Shown in pieces: positions 63,730 through 64,000 of a stretch of DNA of 64,000 nt. Source of the DNA: Malacoraja senta. Its lineage: Eukaryota. Each line of letters begins with the position of its first letter. Within the stretch, counting starts at the first letter, position 1. A model generated the notes under the pieces. It searched no databases. It worked only from the letters and a program-made list of their open reading frames with translations, and was not told where the DNA came from. The DNA is taken from contig CM075988.1 in the NCBI GenBank assembly GCA_038087875.1, positions 6,014,001 through 6,078,000 of the forward strand, in the 5' to 3' direction. The translations under genes and the position numbers were made by a program.

Positions 63730-64000
63730 TGCTCCCCGTTGGATTGAAATTGTCGTGGTCGGGGAGCTTGAGTGTCTCAGTGACCCCTAGAGCTATGCCA
63801 GCAGGAGATTTGTCTCCTGTTAGGGTCTCCCATGCTGGACAGGTCGAAGGGTAGAGGCGAGACGAAGAGCGATCCACTGGTCCTCCAGGTTGGAGGTTGA
63901 GCACAGGGCTAACAACCCTGTCTCGTAAAACAAATATGTTACAGAAACAGCAACTGAAGGAATCAACACTACTGAGTGGAGGACCTTCGTTGCTGCCCTA
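63730..64000 (+). mobile_element. RTE-derived bipartite element (5' UTR joined to 3' end), runs off the window
   Basis: The 5' part resembles the 46734 element. It continues GGGCTAACAACC and goes directly to GAGTGGAGGACCTTCGTTGCTGCCCTA (WRTFVAAL, typical RTE C-terminus). Confidence 0.65.

Noticed and set aside
54324..64000. Transmembrane/cytoplasmic exon of the receptor
   Set aside because: No hydrophobic phase-1 exon was found by eye; it probably lies beyond the window.

Overview
Repeat-dense vertebrate genomic DNA. The repeat families (HE1/V-SINE, CR1, Rex1, Penelope) point to a cartilaginous fish, probably a skate or ray (inference). One host gene is visible on the + strand: a VSIG10L2-like Ig-superfamily receptor. 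I reconstruct 8 coding exons from 26069 to 54323: a signal peptide, six Ig domains and one FN3 domain, with all introns GT-AG in phase 1. I did not find the transmembrane and cytoplasmic exons, so they probably lie beyond 64000. The rest is mobile DNA. It includes an L1 with intact ORF2, poly-A tail and TSD, and a complete but decayed DIRS element with ITRs and ICR. There are also young CR1 copies, Rex1 fragments, Penelope (GIY-YIG) copies with hammerhead-like termini that often form foldbacks, several Harbinger-type MITE families, RTE-derived bipartite elements and a DNA transposon with a 5-bp TSD. The best candidate for an undescribed system is a family of GC-rich, non-coding, non-tRNA retroposons (4 copies). 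They keep covarying hairpins but carry different LINE-derived 3' tails. All calls were made by eye; no database search was run.
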